The notes under the pieces: generated by a model
Databases searched by the model: none
What the model was told of the DNA's origin: nothing
The model's input: only the letters and a program-made list of their open reading frames with translations
Shown here: one piece after another, positions 51,570 to 62,716 of the stretch
How positions within the stretch are numbered: position 1 is the first letter of the stretch
Layout of the letters: each line of letters starts with the position of its first letter
Translations under genes and position numbers: made by a program
Assembly: GCA_035288465.1 (NCBI GenBank)
Contig: DATEAH010000001.1
Location: forward strand, 4,739-68,738
DNA: 64,000 nucleotides
DNA from: Patescibacteria group bacterium
GTDB taxonomy: Bacteria; Patescibacteriota; UBA1384; DATEAH01
Reading direction: 5' to 3'

Positions 51570-54380
51570 TTAAAGAGCCTGCCCAGAATATTTATTTGAA
51601 TTTGAATTTTCGTTGTTTGAATAATCAACCGGTCTAAAAACAAAGTAATAAGTTTGACCAGAAATCAGGCCAGTAATAGTAATTTGATGGTTTGAAGTTT
51701 TAGTATACCTATTTGCAACAGAAGGTATAAAACCAGCATCAGTACTTTTATAAATATTTGTTCCTGAAAAATCAGCATCTGAAGGATTTGTCCAGGTTAG
51801 AGTAATTTGTCCGGCCCCTGGTCCTGGCGTGATCGAAACACCACTAACTTCGCCAGGTGGGGATGAGTCTGGGGCAACAGTAACTTCTATAGAGTGAGTC
51901 GCGGAATAATCGCCCCGATCAATAATTTCAGCTTTAATTTTATGACTACCAGCCGATAATGAATTCATATCATAAGTAAAACTAAAGGGAGATGAGGCAC
52001 GGCTACCAACATAAATATCATCAATATAATATTGAACTTTACTCACTCCATTTGGAGCAGTAACGGAAACCTTAATTGTGGTTCCGCCAGAAACATTTGC
52101 CCCAGCTGTTGGAGAGGTAATGACAATTTTTGGTTTATTAGCTTCGGTGTGAATTGGGCAAACTTCAGTGGGGGCAAGTGATCCCAAGCCAGCACTTTTT
52201 GCCCAGGCTCTGACCGGACCTTCCCAGTTTGGTTTATCGGGTACTTCGGAATGAATATTAGCAAAAGTAACTTCTTTTTTAAGCGAGGGTGGAGTTAGGT
52301 CTGTGGCTAATTTATCACCACAAGACATATCGATCGTGGCAGTGGTGTATAAATCCGCTCGGTCTTTAGGAAGCTGCCAACTGGCAAAAATATCTGTTCT
52401 CAAGCCTAATGGTGAAGTTTTACCTGGCAATAAGCCAGTTAAAGCATCAACAGTTGCGTCTTGAATTCCTTGAGGTTTAGCAAAATCTTCGTTTGGTTTA
52501 CCTGATAATGATTTTTCCATAAAGCTATGCCACAAGGGGGCAGCTGCCATGGCACCGGCGCCATTATTATACATTGGTGAATTATCATTATTTCCAACCC
52601 AAACCCCAGTTACTAATGAAGGAGTATAGCCGACTGTCCAAGCGTCTCTATAATTTTGAGCGGTACCAGTTTTGGCTGCGACAGTGCGGTCTGGAAAATA
52701 TAAGGCTGAGCGAGATCCAAACATCGGGGATCGAGCTTGATTGTCAGACAAGATTGAAGAAATTTCATATGCAATTTGTGAATCTAAGATTTGTTTGGGT
52801 TTGGTGTCTTTTTTCTCTTCTAAAACCTTTCCCCGGCTATCAGTAACTTTAAGAATTGGCGAAACATCAAATTTACTGCCTTGATTGGCAAAGACTGAAT
52901 ATGCGCCGGTTAATTCTAATAATTTAATCTCGCCTCCGCCCAAAACCAATGATAAACCATATCGGTCAGGATCATTAAGGGTGGTGATACCCATTTCATG
53001 GGCAGTGTTTAGGGAATTATTCATACCAGCTAAATAAAGCATTTTTACCGCCGGGATATTTAAGGAATTGGCAAGCGCGTGGCGAATTGAAACTGGACCG
53101 CTCGTTCGGCCATTATAGTTATCCGGCGTATAACCTCCGCCAAAATCAGTCGTTAAATCGAAAAGTGTTGAGGCTGGTGACCATTTGTCTTTAAAAGCGG
53201 TGGCATAAACTATCGGTTTAAAAGATGAACCCGGAGATCGCTTGGCAATGGTGACATTGACATTACCTTGATTTTCAAGATTAAAATAATCTATTGATCC
53301 TACCATGGCTAAAATTTGTCCATTTTTAGGATCAATTGAAACTATTCCAGCATTTGAGGCGCCAGAATGCGATAAAACTTTTTTTGATTCTTGTTCAATG
53401 ACCTCTTCGGCAATTTTTTGTTTGTCGGGATCGAGAGTGGTGGTAACTTTTAGGCCCCCTTCTTCGACGATTTGATCACCATATTTTGCCGCTAGAACTT
53501 CTTTAACATACATCACAAAGTGAGGAGCAATAATATTTTCTTTACGTCGGGCAAAGACAATTTTTTGTTTTTTAGCTTTAGTCGCATCTTCCTTGGAAAT
53601 CATTTTTAAATTGACCATGCGGTCTAAAACATAATTTTTCCGTTTTAATAATTCATCACTGTGACCACCATAGGGTGAATAATAAGAGGGTGCTCGAGTC
53701 ATCGCGGCTAAAATTGCAGATTCAGCCAGGGTTAAATCTTTGGCATTTTTATCAAAATAAGTTTGCGATGCCGCTTCAACGCCATAAGCGTTGCTGCCGT
53801 ATGGAATTTCATTTAAATACATCGTAACAATTTCGTCTTTGGAAAACATAATTTCTAATTCAATGGCTAAAATTGCTTCTTTTATTTTTCTGATCAATGT
53901 CCTTTTCGGGTAAAGGAGGGCATTTTTAACATACTGCTGAGTAATGGTTGAGCCGCCCTGTAAATATTTTGAGCGACGAAAAACGTCATTATATAAAGCT
54001 CTGGCGACCCCGCGAAAATCAATGCCATGATGATGATAAAAGTTTGCATCTTCGGCCGCAATCGTGGCATTTTTAACTGAATCTGGAATTTCATTATATT
54101 TTAAGGAAATTCGTTTCTGATTACCGTAAATCGCATAAAGCAAATTGCCATTTCGATCAGTAATTTGTGTTGACTCTGCCGAACGATGACTTTTGATTCT
54201 GCCTGGTGTAGGTAAGTCCTTGGAAATCCAAGCTAAGCCACCCAATAAAATAACACCAATACTTATCAATATATATAGGAATACCTTTTTTTGCTTTTTA
54301 GATTTTAGCGGGAATGGCCAGAGTTTTTTCCCGAATTTTCTAATTGGATTTTTACTCGGGACCCAAAAAGCTTTTCTCAT
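51570..54380 (-). CDS. class A PBP (PBP1A) with C-terminal Ig-like and FN3 domains
   Basis: AAEDANF..HHG, GGSTITQQ, RKIKE, YLN, SSFK, SLN, KTGT; C-terminal ITLTWTNP..GL..G.TYYF. Confidence 0.93.
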   Translation of the reverse strand: MRKAFWVPSKNPIRKFGKKLWPFPLKSKKQKKVFLYILISIGVILLGGLAWISKDLPTPGRIKSHRSAESTQITDRNGNLLYAIYGNQKRISLKYNEIPDSVKNATIAAEDANFYHHHGIDFRGVARALYNDVFRRSKYLQGGSTITQQYVKNALLYPKRTLIRKIKEAILAIELEIMFSKDEIVTMYLNEIPYGSNAYGVEAASQTYFDKNAKDLTLAESAILAAMTRAPSYYSPYGGHSDELLKRKNYVLDRMVNLKMISKEDATKAKKQKIVFARRKENIIAPHFVMYVKEVLAAKYGDQIVEEGGLKVTTTLDPDKQKIAEEVIEQESKKVLSHSGASNAGIVSIDPKNGQILAMVGSIDYFNLENQGNVNVTIAKRSPGSSFKPIVYATAFKDKWSPASTLFDLTTDFGGGYTPDNYNGRTSGPVSIRHALANSLNIPAVKMLYLAGMNNSLNTAHEMGITTLNDPDRYGLSLVLGGGEIKLLELTGAYSVFANQGSKFDVSPILKVTDSRGKVLEEKKDTKPKQILDSQIAYEISSILSDNQARSPMFGSRSALYFPDRTVAAKTGTAQNYRDAWTVGYTPSLVTGVWVGNNDNSPMYNNGAGAMAAAPLWHSFMEKSLSGKPNEDFAKPQGIQDATVDALTGLLPGKTSPLGLRTDIFASWQLPKDRADLYTTATIDMSCGDKLATDLTPPSLKKEVTFANIHSEVPDKPNWEGPVRAWAKSAGLGSLAPTEVCPIHTEANKPKIVITSPTAGANVSGGTTIKVSVTAPNGVSKVQYYIDDIYVGSRASSPFSFTYDMNSLSAGSHKIKAEIIDRGDYSATHSIEVTVAPDSSPPGEVSGVSITPGPGAGQITLTWTNPSDADFSGTNIYKSTDAGFIPSVANRYTKTSNHQITITGLISGQTYYFVFRPVDYSNNENSNSNKYSGQAL

Positions 54381-54584
54381 TACTTACTCCTTATTTATTA
54401 AAAATTAGGGGTGACAGCCGACTTGCCCAAGTTCCGCCAAATGCGGAACGAGGGTGGGCTTAGCCCATCGGCGCCAGAGGGGGCGGAGCCCCCTATGGAA
54501 AAACTATTTACATTATACTAATTATTCCGTATAATAACAAGTAAATAGAAGCTAAATTGAGATTTATCAAATTGAGAGGTAAAA

Positions 54585-55757
54585 ATGTCTAAAGCTAAAA
54601 AATTATTAGGTAATGGTATTGTCGAAATTCATGAGGAAGAGTCGTTAGAAAAAAAATTAAATTCTGGCCGGAAGTTGCGAATAAAACACGGAATCGATCC
54701 GACTGGTCCTAAAATTCATCTTGGTCGAGCGATCCAATTTTCTAAATTAAAAAAACTTCAAGATGCAGGCCATAAGATCGTCCTAATTATTGGTGATTTT
54801 ACCGCTCAAATTGGCGATGCTTCAGATAAAATTGCGGCAAGAAAATCTCTCGCTGAGGCGGAAATTAAAAAGAATTTATCAAATTATACCGAACAAATCG
54901 GTCGTATCATTAATCTTGACAAAACTGAAATTAGATATAATAGCGAATGGTTGTCAAGAATGACAGCTGGCGAGTTATTGCAATTAGCAACGAGTTTTAC
55001 GGTTCATCAGCTAATTCACCGGCGTAATTTTAGTGAGCGCTGGAAAAAGGGTGATAAAATTGGTTTACATGAAATTTTATATCCATTATTGCAAGGTTAT
55101 GACTCGGTCGCAGTTAAGGCGGATGTGGAAATTGGTGGCACAGACCAACTATTTAACCTACTGGCTGGACGGATTATCCAAAAAAAATTTGGCCAGCAAC
55201 CTCAAGACGTAATTACTTTTGAAATGCTCCCAGGTTTAGACGGACGTAAAATGTCGACTAGTTGGGGGAACGGCGTTTATATATTAGATGAACCTGATGA
55301 AATGTATGGCAAAATTATGTCCATGCATGACGATCAAATTATGACCTATGCTAAATTATGCACAGATTTATCTGAGGACGAACTTGGAAAATTTAAAAAT
55401 CCACGTGACCAAAAAGCATATTTAGCTCTGGAAATTGTAAAATTATATCATGGTGAAAACAAGGCTAAGAAAGCAGGTATAGAGTTTGACCGAATTTTTA
55501 AGTCAAAAGATTTGCCTTCTGATATTGATGAAATTAAGATTGATCAAAAAGAAATTGGCGTAATTGATTTATTTGTTAATAATAAATTAGTTTCTTCACG
55601 GTCTGAGGCAAAAAGGTTAATTGAACAAGGCGCAGTGAAAAAAATAGTTAATAATCAACAATCAGTAATCAACAATATTGATGAGAAAATTAAAATAGAT
55701 GATGGGATGGTTTTTAAAATTGGTAAACGAAAATTCGTAAAGATTAAAACGAAATAA
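54585..55757 (+). CDS. tyrS: tyrosyl-tRNA synthetase
   Basis: GIDPTG..IHLG, YPLLQGYD, GGTDQ.FN, KMS, S4 domain. Confidence 0.97.
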   Translation: MSKAKKLLGNGIVEIHEEESLEKKLNSGRKLRIKHGIDPTGPKIHLGRAIQFSKLKKLQDAGHKIVLIIGDFTAQIGDASDKIAARKSLAEAEIKKNLSNYTEQIGRIINLDKTEIRYNSEWLSRMTAGELLQLATSFTVHQLIHRRNFSERWKKGDKIGLHEILYPLLQGYDSVAVKADVEIGGTDQLFNLLAGRIIQKKFGQQPQDVITFEMLPGLDGRKMSTSWGNGVYILDEPDEMYGKIMSMHDDQIMTYAKLCTDLSEDELGKFKNPRDQKAYLALEIVKLYHGENKAKKAGIEFDRIFKSKDLPSDIDEIKIDQKEIGVIDLFVNNKLVSSRSEAKRLIEQGAVKKIVNNQQSVINNIDEKIKIDDGMVFKIGKRKFVKIKTK

Positions 55758-55758
55758 A

Positions 55759-57321
55759 ATGAAAAAAAATATCATCGAATTATTAGAAAAATTATATCCT
55801 GAGGAAAAATCAATTCGAGTGGAAGTTCCTCAGGAAAAAAATTATGGCGATTATGCCTGCAATTTGGCTTTTGTAATGGCTAAAAAATTAAAGAAAAACC
55901 CTACTGAGGTTGCTAAAGATATTGCGACGAAAATTATAGCGGGAAAACCAGAATTTTTAGAAAAAGTTGAAGCTAAAGCTGGTTTTGTAAATTTTCACTT
56001 AAAATCAGATCATCTGCAACAACAGATTCTAAAAATCATCGATCTAAAAGATAAATATGGTCAAAATAATAGTGGTCAAAACCAAAAAATTCAAGTGGAG
56101 TTTGTTTCGGCAAATCCGACCGGGCCATTAACAATTGGCAATGCTCGAGGCGGGGTAATTGGTGATGTTTTAGCTTCGGTTTTAACTAATTCTGGATATC
56201 GAGTTTGTCGTGAGTATTATTTTAATGATGCGGGTGGTCAAATCGATGTTTTGGGTCACTCAGTATTAAAAGACGATCTGGCTGAATACAAAGGAGATTA
56301 TATCGATAAATTGAATTTAGAGAATCAGGAAAAAGATTATCGCCAAGCTGGCATTAAGGCCGCTCAAAAAATTATTTTACAAATAAAAAAAACATGTACA
56401 GATTTAGGGATTAATTTTGATGTTTGGTTTGCTGAAGGTAAGGATCTGCGAGAAAAAGATAAAGTCATTTTTATAATTAATTGGCTTAAAAAGAAAAATT
56501 TAAGTTATGAAAAAGATGGGGCAATTTGGTTTAAGTCAAAACAATTTGGAGATGATAAAGATCGAGTTTTAATCAAAAAAGACCAAAACCCGACATATTT
56601 TGCGGTAGATTGTGCGTACCATTACAATAAATTTATGGAACGGAAGTTTGAACGGGTAATTGATGTTTGGGGCGCAGATCACCATGGCGATATGAAAAGA
56701 GTAGAAGGTTTTGTGAAAGCTCTAGGCTTTGCGGATAAATTTAAAATAATTCTGCATCAGTTTGTGCAAATTGTAAAAGACAAGAAGCCGGTACGAATGT
56801 CAAAAAGATCAGGAAATTATATTTTGGTTGATGAAGTTTTAAAAGAAGTTGGTTTAGACGTTTTGCGCTTTTTTATGCTTCAATATTCCGCCAATGCACA
56901 TTTGAATTTTGATTTAAAATTAGCCAAAGAAAGATCGAAAAAAAATCCAGTTTTTTATATCCAATATGCCCACGCTCGAATAAATAGTATAATCGCTAAA
57001 TCAAAAATAGAAAATTTAGAATTTAAATCCACGAATTTAAATTTAAAATTATTAAAAAATAAAGAGGAAATTAATTTAATCAAAAAATTGATTCAGTATC
57101 CAGATATTGTTTTGCAAACCAGTCAAGATTTTCAAGTGCAAAGATTACCCATCTGTGCCATTGAATTAGCAGATACTTTCCATAATTTTTATGAGAAATG
57201 CCAGGTAATTTCTAATAATAACGAAGAAACTAAAGCCCGTTTAGCTTTAGTAACGGCTTGTCAGATAGTATTAAAGAATTGTTTAGAACTAATGGGTATT
57301 TCGGCGCCGAGAAAAATGTAA
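55759..57321 (+). CDS. argS: arginyl-tRNA synthetase
   Basis: EFVSANPTGPL, GADH, MSKR.G, YIQYAHAR, C-terminal APRKM. Confidence 0.97.
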   Translation: MKKNIIELLEKLYPEEKSIRVEVPQEKNYGDYACNLAFVMAKKLKKNPTEVAKDIATKIIAGKPEFLEKVEAKAGFVNFHLKSDHLQQQILKIIDLKDKYGQNNSGQNQKIQVEFVSANPTGPLTIGNARGGVIGDVLASVLTNSGYRVCREYYFNDAGGQIDVLGHSVLKDDLAEYKGDYIDKLNLENQEKDYRQAGIKAAQKIILQIKKTCTDLGINFDVWFAEGKDLREKDKVIFIINWLKKKNLSYEKDGAIWFKSKQFGDDKDRVLIKKDQNPTYFAVDCAYHYNKFMERKFERVIDVWGADHHGDMKRVEGFVKALGFADKFKIILHQFVQIVKDKKPVRMSKRSGNYILVDEVLKEVGLDVLRFFMLQYSANAHLNFDLKLAKERSKKNPVFYIQYAHARINSIIAKSKIENLEFKSTNLNLKLLKNKEEINLIKKLIQYPDIVLQTSQDFQVQRLPICAIELADTFHNFYEKCQVISNNNEETKARLALVTACQIVLKNCLELMGISAPRKM

Positions 57322-57363
57322 AAAAATAGAGTTTTGGCATCTAATTTTGAAAACTTAGCTTAC

Positions 57364-59553
57364 CTAAAGCATAAACTGATAAATATAATTATCAGCTAAA
57401 AGGTAAGCTTTTTTTGTAATTGGATTAATCGTTAAGTCTTTGACATCGCCAATATCTGAAGGGAGAACATATTGTCCAAGATAATTTCCGTCTTTGCTAT
57501 ATTCAATGATTCTTTTAACTTTATTGTCTAAAATATAAAGTGAATTTAAATTACTATTAGTGATAATAGTGACTGGTTGTTCAATTTGTGAGTTCGGATA
57601 AGAGGGGAGGCCGGATAACTTAAAATCAGAAATAATTTTTCCGGCGGTAAATTTTAAACAAATCCCTTTATTATCAATGACATAAATATCACCATCAATG
57701 GCGAGGGAAACTGAGTTTTTAATATCAATATTTTTACTAATAATTACTTCTTTGCCTCCAGACCAGCCAGAAGCAGTATGAGTATGCTTGTAAATTTGGT
57801 TAGAAGTTGGAGAAAGTAAATAAAGATTATTAAAGTAATTTGCAAGATGGACAGCTTGCTCCCAACTGCCAGAAATTAAATTTTGTTTTTCCAATTGATT
57901 GTTATTTAAATTTAAAGAGTAAAGATTTTGGGAGTTAGTGAGCCATAAAATTTCTTCGGTGAAAGTTGAAGCAATTTTAGCCTGGCCATCATCGGCGGGA
58001 ACCTGAAAAACATCTTGGGTGCTATAATCAACCTCGGAAATTTTATAAATTTTGTTATTTTGTTTATTGGCGGCAAATAAATTTTTATCCAACAAAGTAA
58101 TTTCCGAAACTTGCGGATTAGAATCTTGGGCGGCAAAATTAAAAACTGGTTCAGTTTTTGATAGCCGCTTAATATTATCAATTTGATCTAAAGCAGTCTG
58201 AATTTCATTATATAAAGATTTGGCTTTTTCTTTAGTTTTGGGATCTTGGAGGGCTGGTTCGAGCAGAGTGAGAGCTTCTTGGAATAATGTTCTCGCGGCA
58301 TCTTGATTATTGGTTGATAATTGTTCATTTCCGGCAGTTTTTTTAGCTTCGGCTTCGAGCATAATTTTCGTTAAGTTTGGTTTTGGTTTTGATAAATTTA
58401 CTCTAATAGCATTAACGCCCCATATTAATAAAATTACCAGTAAAATAATGATCGCGATTTTACGTTGTTTGGTGACAAGGTAAATAAATTGTCGGCCAAG
58501 AAATTTAAAAGTTTTACCAAGTGAGGAGATAAAATTTTTCAAAAAGGAGCCTTGTTTTGGTTTTTCAATAAAATTATCCCATTCTTTGGGTTGTCCACCC
58601 TTAATTCGATTAAGCGCTTTTTCGCGTCGGGTTTTGCGAATATTTGTAAATGATTTTTTGCCGGTTCGTCCGATACTAATAACTGCTTTACCGATAGAAA
58701 TAGTAACACGTCGGAAAACCGGACCAAGCTTTGTAATGGCTGATTTCCAGTTGCTGCTCAATTTATTTTTAGTGCCAGCCAAGACAGGTTTGGTTTTTTT
58801 GATGGCTTTTTCTAACCAAAAATCCTCTTTTTGATCAAGATAGATAGTTTGGGATAATTCCGGAGGGGGTTGAAAGGTGCTTTTATCAAAAGGCACCATT
58901 TCAATGGCGAGGGAGTTTACGTTAATAACCTTTTTGTTTTTAAGATATTGTCCAATTTCATGAATCGCCGAAATTGGGTCAAAATTTTGAATAAATGATT
59001 TAAGCTGGGTTTCAGACATGTGTCGGAAGATTTCAAAATTAGTAAAAAAGAGTTTGTCTTCCTGCCTGAGATCGCCGGTAATAATATTTTCAAAGGTTTG
59101 ATTGGCAGAATGATTATTTTCGGCACTTGAAATGATGCTTTGCCAAGATTGATTACGCAATAAAAAAGCTCGAGGAGTACCAGTCCAGGCAATGTGAACG
59201 TGTCGGTTATTCACTGCGGCGACAACGGCGTTTATATTATTAGTCCAACTGGTTTCACCTTTCTGGGCGGCCGCAGAGAGGGCTAAATTTGTTTTTTTGA
59301 GCGCTTCCTCAAAGCGAATTTCTGAAGTTTTGGCTGTTCCTGATTGGAAATAGTTTGAGACTACTGAATTTTGAATTAATTTACCAATTTCGGTGGCTGG
59401 ATGCCAAGGGGTAGTAATTTCGATTAAGAAGTACAAAGTCCCTAATTCTTTTTTATCTTCGTCTGGTTCAAAAACTTTGACAGTTAGGAACCTGTCGGCG
59501 AGTTTGGTTGAGGTCGCAATTTTACCAAATCTTAATTGTGGATTATTATTCAT
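57364..59553 (-). CDS. membrane protein: PP2C-like N-domain, TM, helical linker, beta-propeller
   Basis: N-terminal 'HIAWTG..RAFLLR..ITGDL..D.LFF', central TM, repeated LYLL/IYV beta blades. Confidence 0.65.
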   Translation of the reverse strand: MNNNPQLRFGKIATSTKLADRFLTVKVFEPDEDKKELGTLYFLIEITTPWHPATEIGKLIQNSVVSNYFQSGTAKTSEIRFEEALKKTNLALSAAAQKGETSWTNNINAVVAAVNNRHVHIAWTGTPRAFLLRNQSWQSIISSAENNHSANQTFENIITGDLRQEDKLFFTNFEIFRHMSETQLKSFIQNFDPISAIHEIGQYLKNKKVINVNSLAIEMVPFDKSTFQPPPELSQTIYLDQKEDFWLEKAIKKTKPVLAGTKNKLSSNWKSAITKLGPVFRRVTISIGKAVISIGRTGKKSFTNIRKTRREKALNRIKGGQPKEWDNFIEKPKQGSFLKNFISSLGKTFKFLGRQFIYLVTKQRKIAIIILLVILLIWGVNAIRVNLSKPKPNLTKIMLEAEAKKTAGNEQLSTNNQDAARTLFQEALTLLEPALQDPKTKEKAKSLYNEIQTALDQIDNIKRLSKTEPVFNFAAQDSNPQVSEITLLDKNLFAANKQNNKIYKISEVDYSTQDVFQVPADDGQAKIASTFTEEILWLTNSQNLYSLNLNNNQLEKQNLISGSWEQAVHLANYFNNLYLLSPTSNQIYKHTHTASGWSGGKEVIISKNIDIKNSVSLAIDGDIYVIDNKGICLKFTAGKIISDFKLSGLPSYPNSQIEQPVTIITNSNLNSLYILDNKVKRIIEYSKDGNYLGQYVLPSDIGDVKDLTINPITKKAYLLADNYIYQFML

Positions 59554-59796
59554 ATAAAAAATTTACCCCCAGCTCTCTAAATTTAATTATAACAGCAGGA
59601 TTTGAAATGGCAAATAAATGGCATAAAATAGAATTAAAATCGTGGATTTGTTATAATTAAATTGCCCTGTTGTATCTGTCAAATTGGCCTACAATTTTTA
59701 CATTGGGAGTTTGTAGATTTTTAGGCCTTGGTCTAAAAATAAGAACACCCACTTGGTTTTTCAGTCCAATTTTGATTATGGTGCAATAGGGTTTTA

Positions 59797-59871
59797 CGGG
59801 GTGTCGTATAACGGCTATTATGCAGGGCTGGGGGTCCTGTGACCCGGGTTCGACTCCCGGCACCCCGACCA
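59797..59871 (+). tRNA. tRNA-Pro(GGG)
   Basis: CGGGGTG/CACCCCG acceptor stem, anticodon arm CAGGG-CTGGGGG-TCCTG, CCA. Confidence 0.95.
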
Positions 59872-60028
59872 ATCTAAACATTGCGAATTTTCAAGGGAAA
59901 GAACTTGCTCGCCGAGTTTCGGCGGGCGGAAACGCGGAGCGGAGCTAATCGAGCATTTTTCGTTCAAAATAGGCTCGAGCTTCGTTCAGTAATTGCGACC
60001 AGATTAAATATAAAATGAGGAGGAAATT

Positions 60029-60424
60029 ATGAAAGGATTTTATGGAAACATCGAAAAGAATACCTTGGGAAATAATAATTTTCGTAAAGTGCTTTATACC
60101 GGCAAGCATAGCCAATTAGTTTTAATGAGCCTAAAACCGGCTGAAGAAATTGGTATGGAGGTTCATCCTAATAATGACCAATTTTTCCGTTTTGAAAAAG
60201 GACAAGGCAAATGCATTATAGATGGAAATAAATATGAGCTATCTGAGGGGGTGGCGATTGTGGTGCCAGCAGGGGCTGAACATAATGTGATTAATACATC
60301 CGCGGGCGATTCCTTGCAGCTTTACACAATTTACTCACCGGCACATCATCAGGATGGGATCGTAAGGGCGACTAAAGAGGAGGCTGTCAATGGGCCGGAG
60401 TTTGACGGTAAAACGACTGAATAA
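60029..60424 (+). CDS. cupin domain protein
   Basis: QLVLMSL..EEIGMEVH..DQFF, VPAGAEHNVIN, LYTIYSP.HH. Confidence 0.9.
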   Translation: MKGFYGNIEKNTLGNNNFRKVLYTGKHSQLVLMSLKPAEEIGMEVHPNNDQFFRFEKGQGKCIIDGNKYELSEGVAIVVPAGAEHNVINTSAGDSLQLYTIYSPAHHQDGIVRATKEEAVNGPEFDGKTTE

Positions 60425-60491
60425 AAAGTATAATTTTGAAAAATCGCGCTAAGAACGGCTGGCGCGATTTTATTTTAAAATATAAATTTAT

Positions 60492-61142
60492 TTAAATTGG
60501 GGAGGCAGGAAATACTCGCACTAAATATAAGAGCCAATTAACGATATAGGTGAGGATGAGGATAAAAAAGTTAAAATTTAAAAAGATTGAAAGAAATAAA
60601 ACTAAAAACAATAAAGGCATGCCGATTTGTTCAAGTTTTGCCATTGTTTTTTCATTTACAAAAAGATATAAAATTTTCGAACCATCTAAAGGCGGAATTG
60701 GTAAAATATTAAAAGCGGCTAAAATTAAATTTAAATTAACAATATAATCAAATAAAATATAAAACCAGGTATTTTCAAGACCAAAATTGAAATAAATATT
60801 AAGTCGGTATGGAATTGAAAAAATAAAAGCGACCATTATATTAGCAATGGCACCCGAATAAGAAGTGAGAATAATGCCTTTCTTTTCGTGGGCAAAATTT
60901 TTAGGATTAAAAATCACCGGTTTCCCCCAACCAAAACCGGCTAAAAACAAAAATACCGTTCCCAAAGGATCGAGATGGGCTAAAGGGTTTAAACTCACGC
61001 GCCCCATTTTTTTAGGAGTTGGATCACCAAGTTTATAAGCGGTCCAAGCATGACAAAATTCGTGGATTGTAATCCCGATAATTAAAGCGACAATAAAGTA
61101 AATAAACTTGACAGGAGACGAAATTAGTTCTAAAATAAACAT
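60492..61142 (-). CDS. site-2 protease (M50) family protein
   Basis: HEFCH, LGDPT, NPLAHLDP, FNILPIPPLDG. Confidence 0.93.
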   Translation of the reverse strand: MFILELISSPVKFIYFIVALIIGITIHEFCHAWTAYKLGDPTPKKMGRVSLNPLAHLDPLGTVFLFLAGFGWGKPVIFNPKNFAHEKKGIILTSYSGAIANIMVAFIFSIPYRLNIYFNFGLENTWFYILFDYIVNLNLILAAFNILPIPPLDGSKILYLFVNEKTMAKLEQIGMPLLFLVLFLSIFLNFNFFILILTYIVNWLLYLVRVFPASPI

Positions 61143-61193
61143 GTTGTATCCTAATTATTAACTTTGCATTTCAATTTATTTTTAAGGATTCTG

Positions 61194-61370
61194 ATGGCTA
61201 AATGTCAGGTTTGCGATAAAGGTTTAAGAAAAGGCAATAATGTTTCCCATTCCCATCGTAAGACACGCCGAAATTTTAGCCCAAACATTTTTCGCAAAAC
61301 CATAAAAGTTGACGGGAAAACTGTCAAAATTACAATTTGTTCGAGATGCTATAAAAAACAAATTCTCTAA
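61194..61370 (+). CDS. rpmB: 50S ribosomal protein L28 (Zn-binding C+ form)
   Basis: CQVC.K...GNNVSHS..KTRR.F.PN..CSRC. Confidence 0.93.
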   Translation: MAKCQVCDKGLRKGNNVSHSHRKTRRNFSPNIFRKTIKVDGKTVKITICSRCYKKQIL

Positions 61371-61645
61371 AGAGATTCTTTTTTAATTTTATCAAAACAT
61401 TCCTGGCAATAAACCGGGATGTTTTTTTTGATATCCAAAAGAACTTTAGCAGTTTTGCCGCATTGATCGCATTTAATTTCGACCATTTCTTTGTTAATTT
61501 CTTCTCTTTTTTTCTTTCGACATTCAGGGCAACGGGCTGGTTCATGAACAAAACCTTTGCGGGCAAAAAAATCTTGTTCAGAAACAGAAAATACAAAAGT
61601 ATTTTCGCATTCTTTGCAGGTTAATTTTTTATCTTCAAAAGGCAT
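61367..61645 (-). CDS. zinc-ribbon domain protein (CxxC-x17-CxxC family)
   Basis: FEDK.LTCKEC...F.FS..EQ.FF..KGF..EP.RC..CR, second CxxC..YCxxC. Confidence 0.88.
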   Translation of the reverse strand: MPFEDKKLTCKECENTFVFSVSEQDFFARKGFVHEPARCPECRKKKREEINKEMVEIKCDQCGKTAKVLLDIKKNIPVYCQECFDKIKKESL

Positions 61646-61778
61646 AGTAGTAAAATCCTTTTTAATTTAGATGACCAAATTCATCTTAATTATAACAAAT
61701 AATTAGTTTAATTGCCAAGTTATTGAGATTTTTTGAGATTTTAAATTTTTCATTTATATGATAATATAGGAATGAGGC

Positions 61779-62708
61779 ATGATGAATAAAGATTCGAAGA
61801 TGAGTAAAAATATAATGCCGGCTTCAGATTGGTTGAAAAATCTGAAAACTAATTTTTCTCATGCCTATCTAATTTTGGGTCCGGCAAAAATCGGGAAAAT
61901 GATTTTTGCTGAAAAAATTGCCCATTTTTTATTATCCGAAAATCTTGGGTTAAATTCTCCTGATTTATCAATTATTGAACCTATAGGTGATAAAAATCCG
62001 ACAATTTCAATTGAGGAAGTTCAAAAACTTCGTCAGGCTTCACAATTAACTTCAGCTCAAGGTGGTAACAAGGTAATTATTATTCAAAATGCTCATTTAA
62101 TGACTTTACCGGCGCAAAACGCGATTTTAAAAACTTTAGAAGAACCGCCGGCCAAAACATTTTTAATATTAACTGCCATTTCGAAAAAATCAATTTTGCC
62201 AACAATAGTTTCGCGTTGTCAGAGGATTAGGCTTAATCTATTTTCAGAAACTGACATTAGAAATTTAATTGGAAATCGAGTCCCAAAACCGCAAGCTGAT
62301 TTAATTGTCCATTTTTCACAAGGCGCACCTGGAGTGGTAATGTCTTTTTTGGACAATACTAGCCAAATTGATCAATTTCAAGAAATTTTTCTTCAAATCG
62401 GGAAAGCAATTTTAACCTCAGATGTTTTTGTAAAATTTCAAATTGCGGATGAATTTTCAAAAATTAAGCCACAAGATAAAGCATTAAATATTTTTGAGAT
62501 TTTTTATCGAGAATTATTATTGGCAAAAATTAATCCTGACTATCAAATATTGAAATTTTTAGAGTCTGGTAAAATTGAAAGAATTCTAACAAAATATGAA
62601 ACCGTAAAAATCATAAAAATTTTACAACAGATTTTGGAAACTAAAATTGCTTTAACTCAAAATATTAATCCTCGTTTGGCTTTTGAAAACTTAGTTTTAG
62701 CATTATAA
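61779..62708 (+). CDS. holB: DNA polymerase III delta' subunit
   Basis: HAYL..GP..IGK, AQNAILKTLEEPP, LPTIVSRCQ. Confidence 0.92.
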   Translation: MMNKDSKMSKNIMPASDWLKNLKTNFSHAYLILGPAKIGKMIFAEKIAHFLLSENLGLNSPDLSIIEPIGDKNPTISIEEVQKLRQASQLTSAQGGNKVIIIQNAHLMTLPAQNAILKTLEEPPAKTFLILTAISKKSILPTIVSRCQRIRLNLFSETDIRNLIGNRVPKPQADLIVHFSQGAPGVVMSFLDNTSQIDQFQEIFLQIGKAILTSDVFVKFQIADEFSKIKPQDKALNIFEIFYRELLLAKINPDYQILKFLESGKIERILTKYETVKIIKILQQILETKIALTQNINPRLAFENLVLAL

Positions 62709-62716
62709 GAATTATT

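Noticed and set aside
54700-55270. TyrS HLGR and KMSTS variants of HIGH/KMSKS as a sign of inactivity
   Set aside because: The rest of the enzyme is intact and such motif variation is tolerated in class I synthetases.
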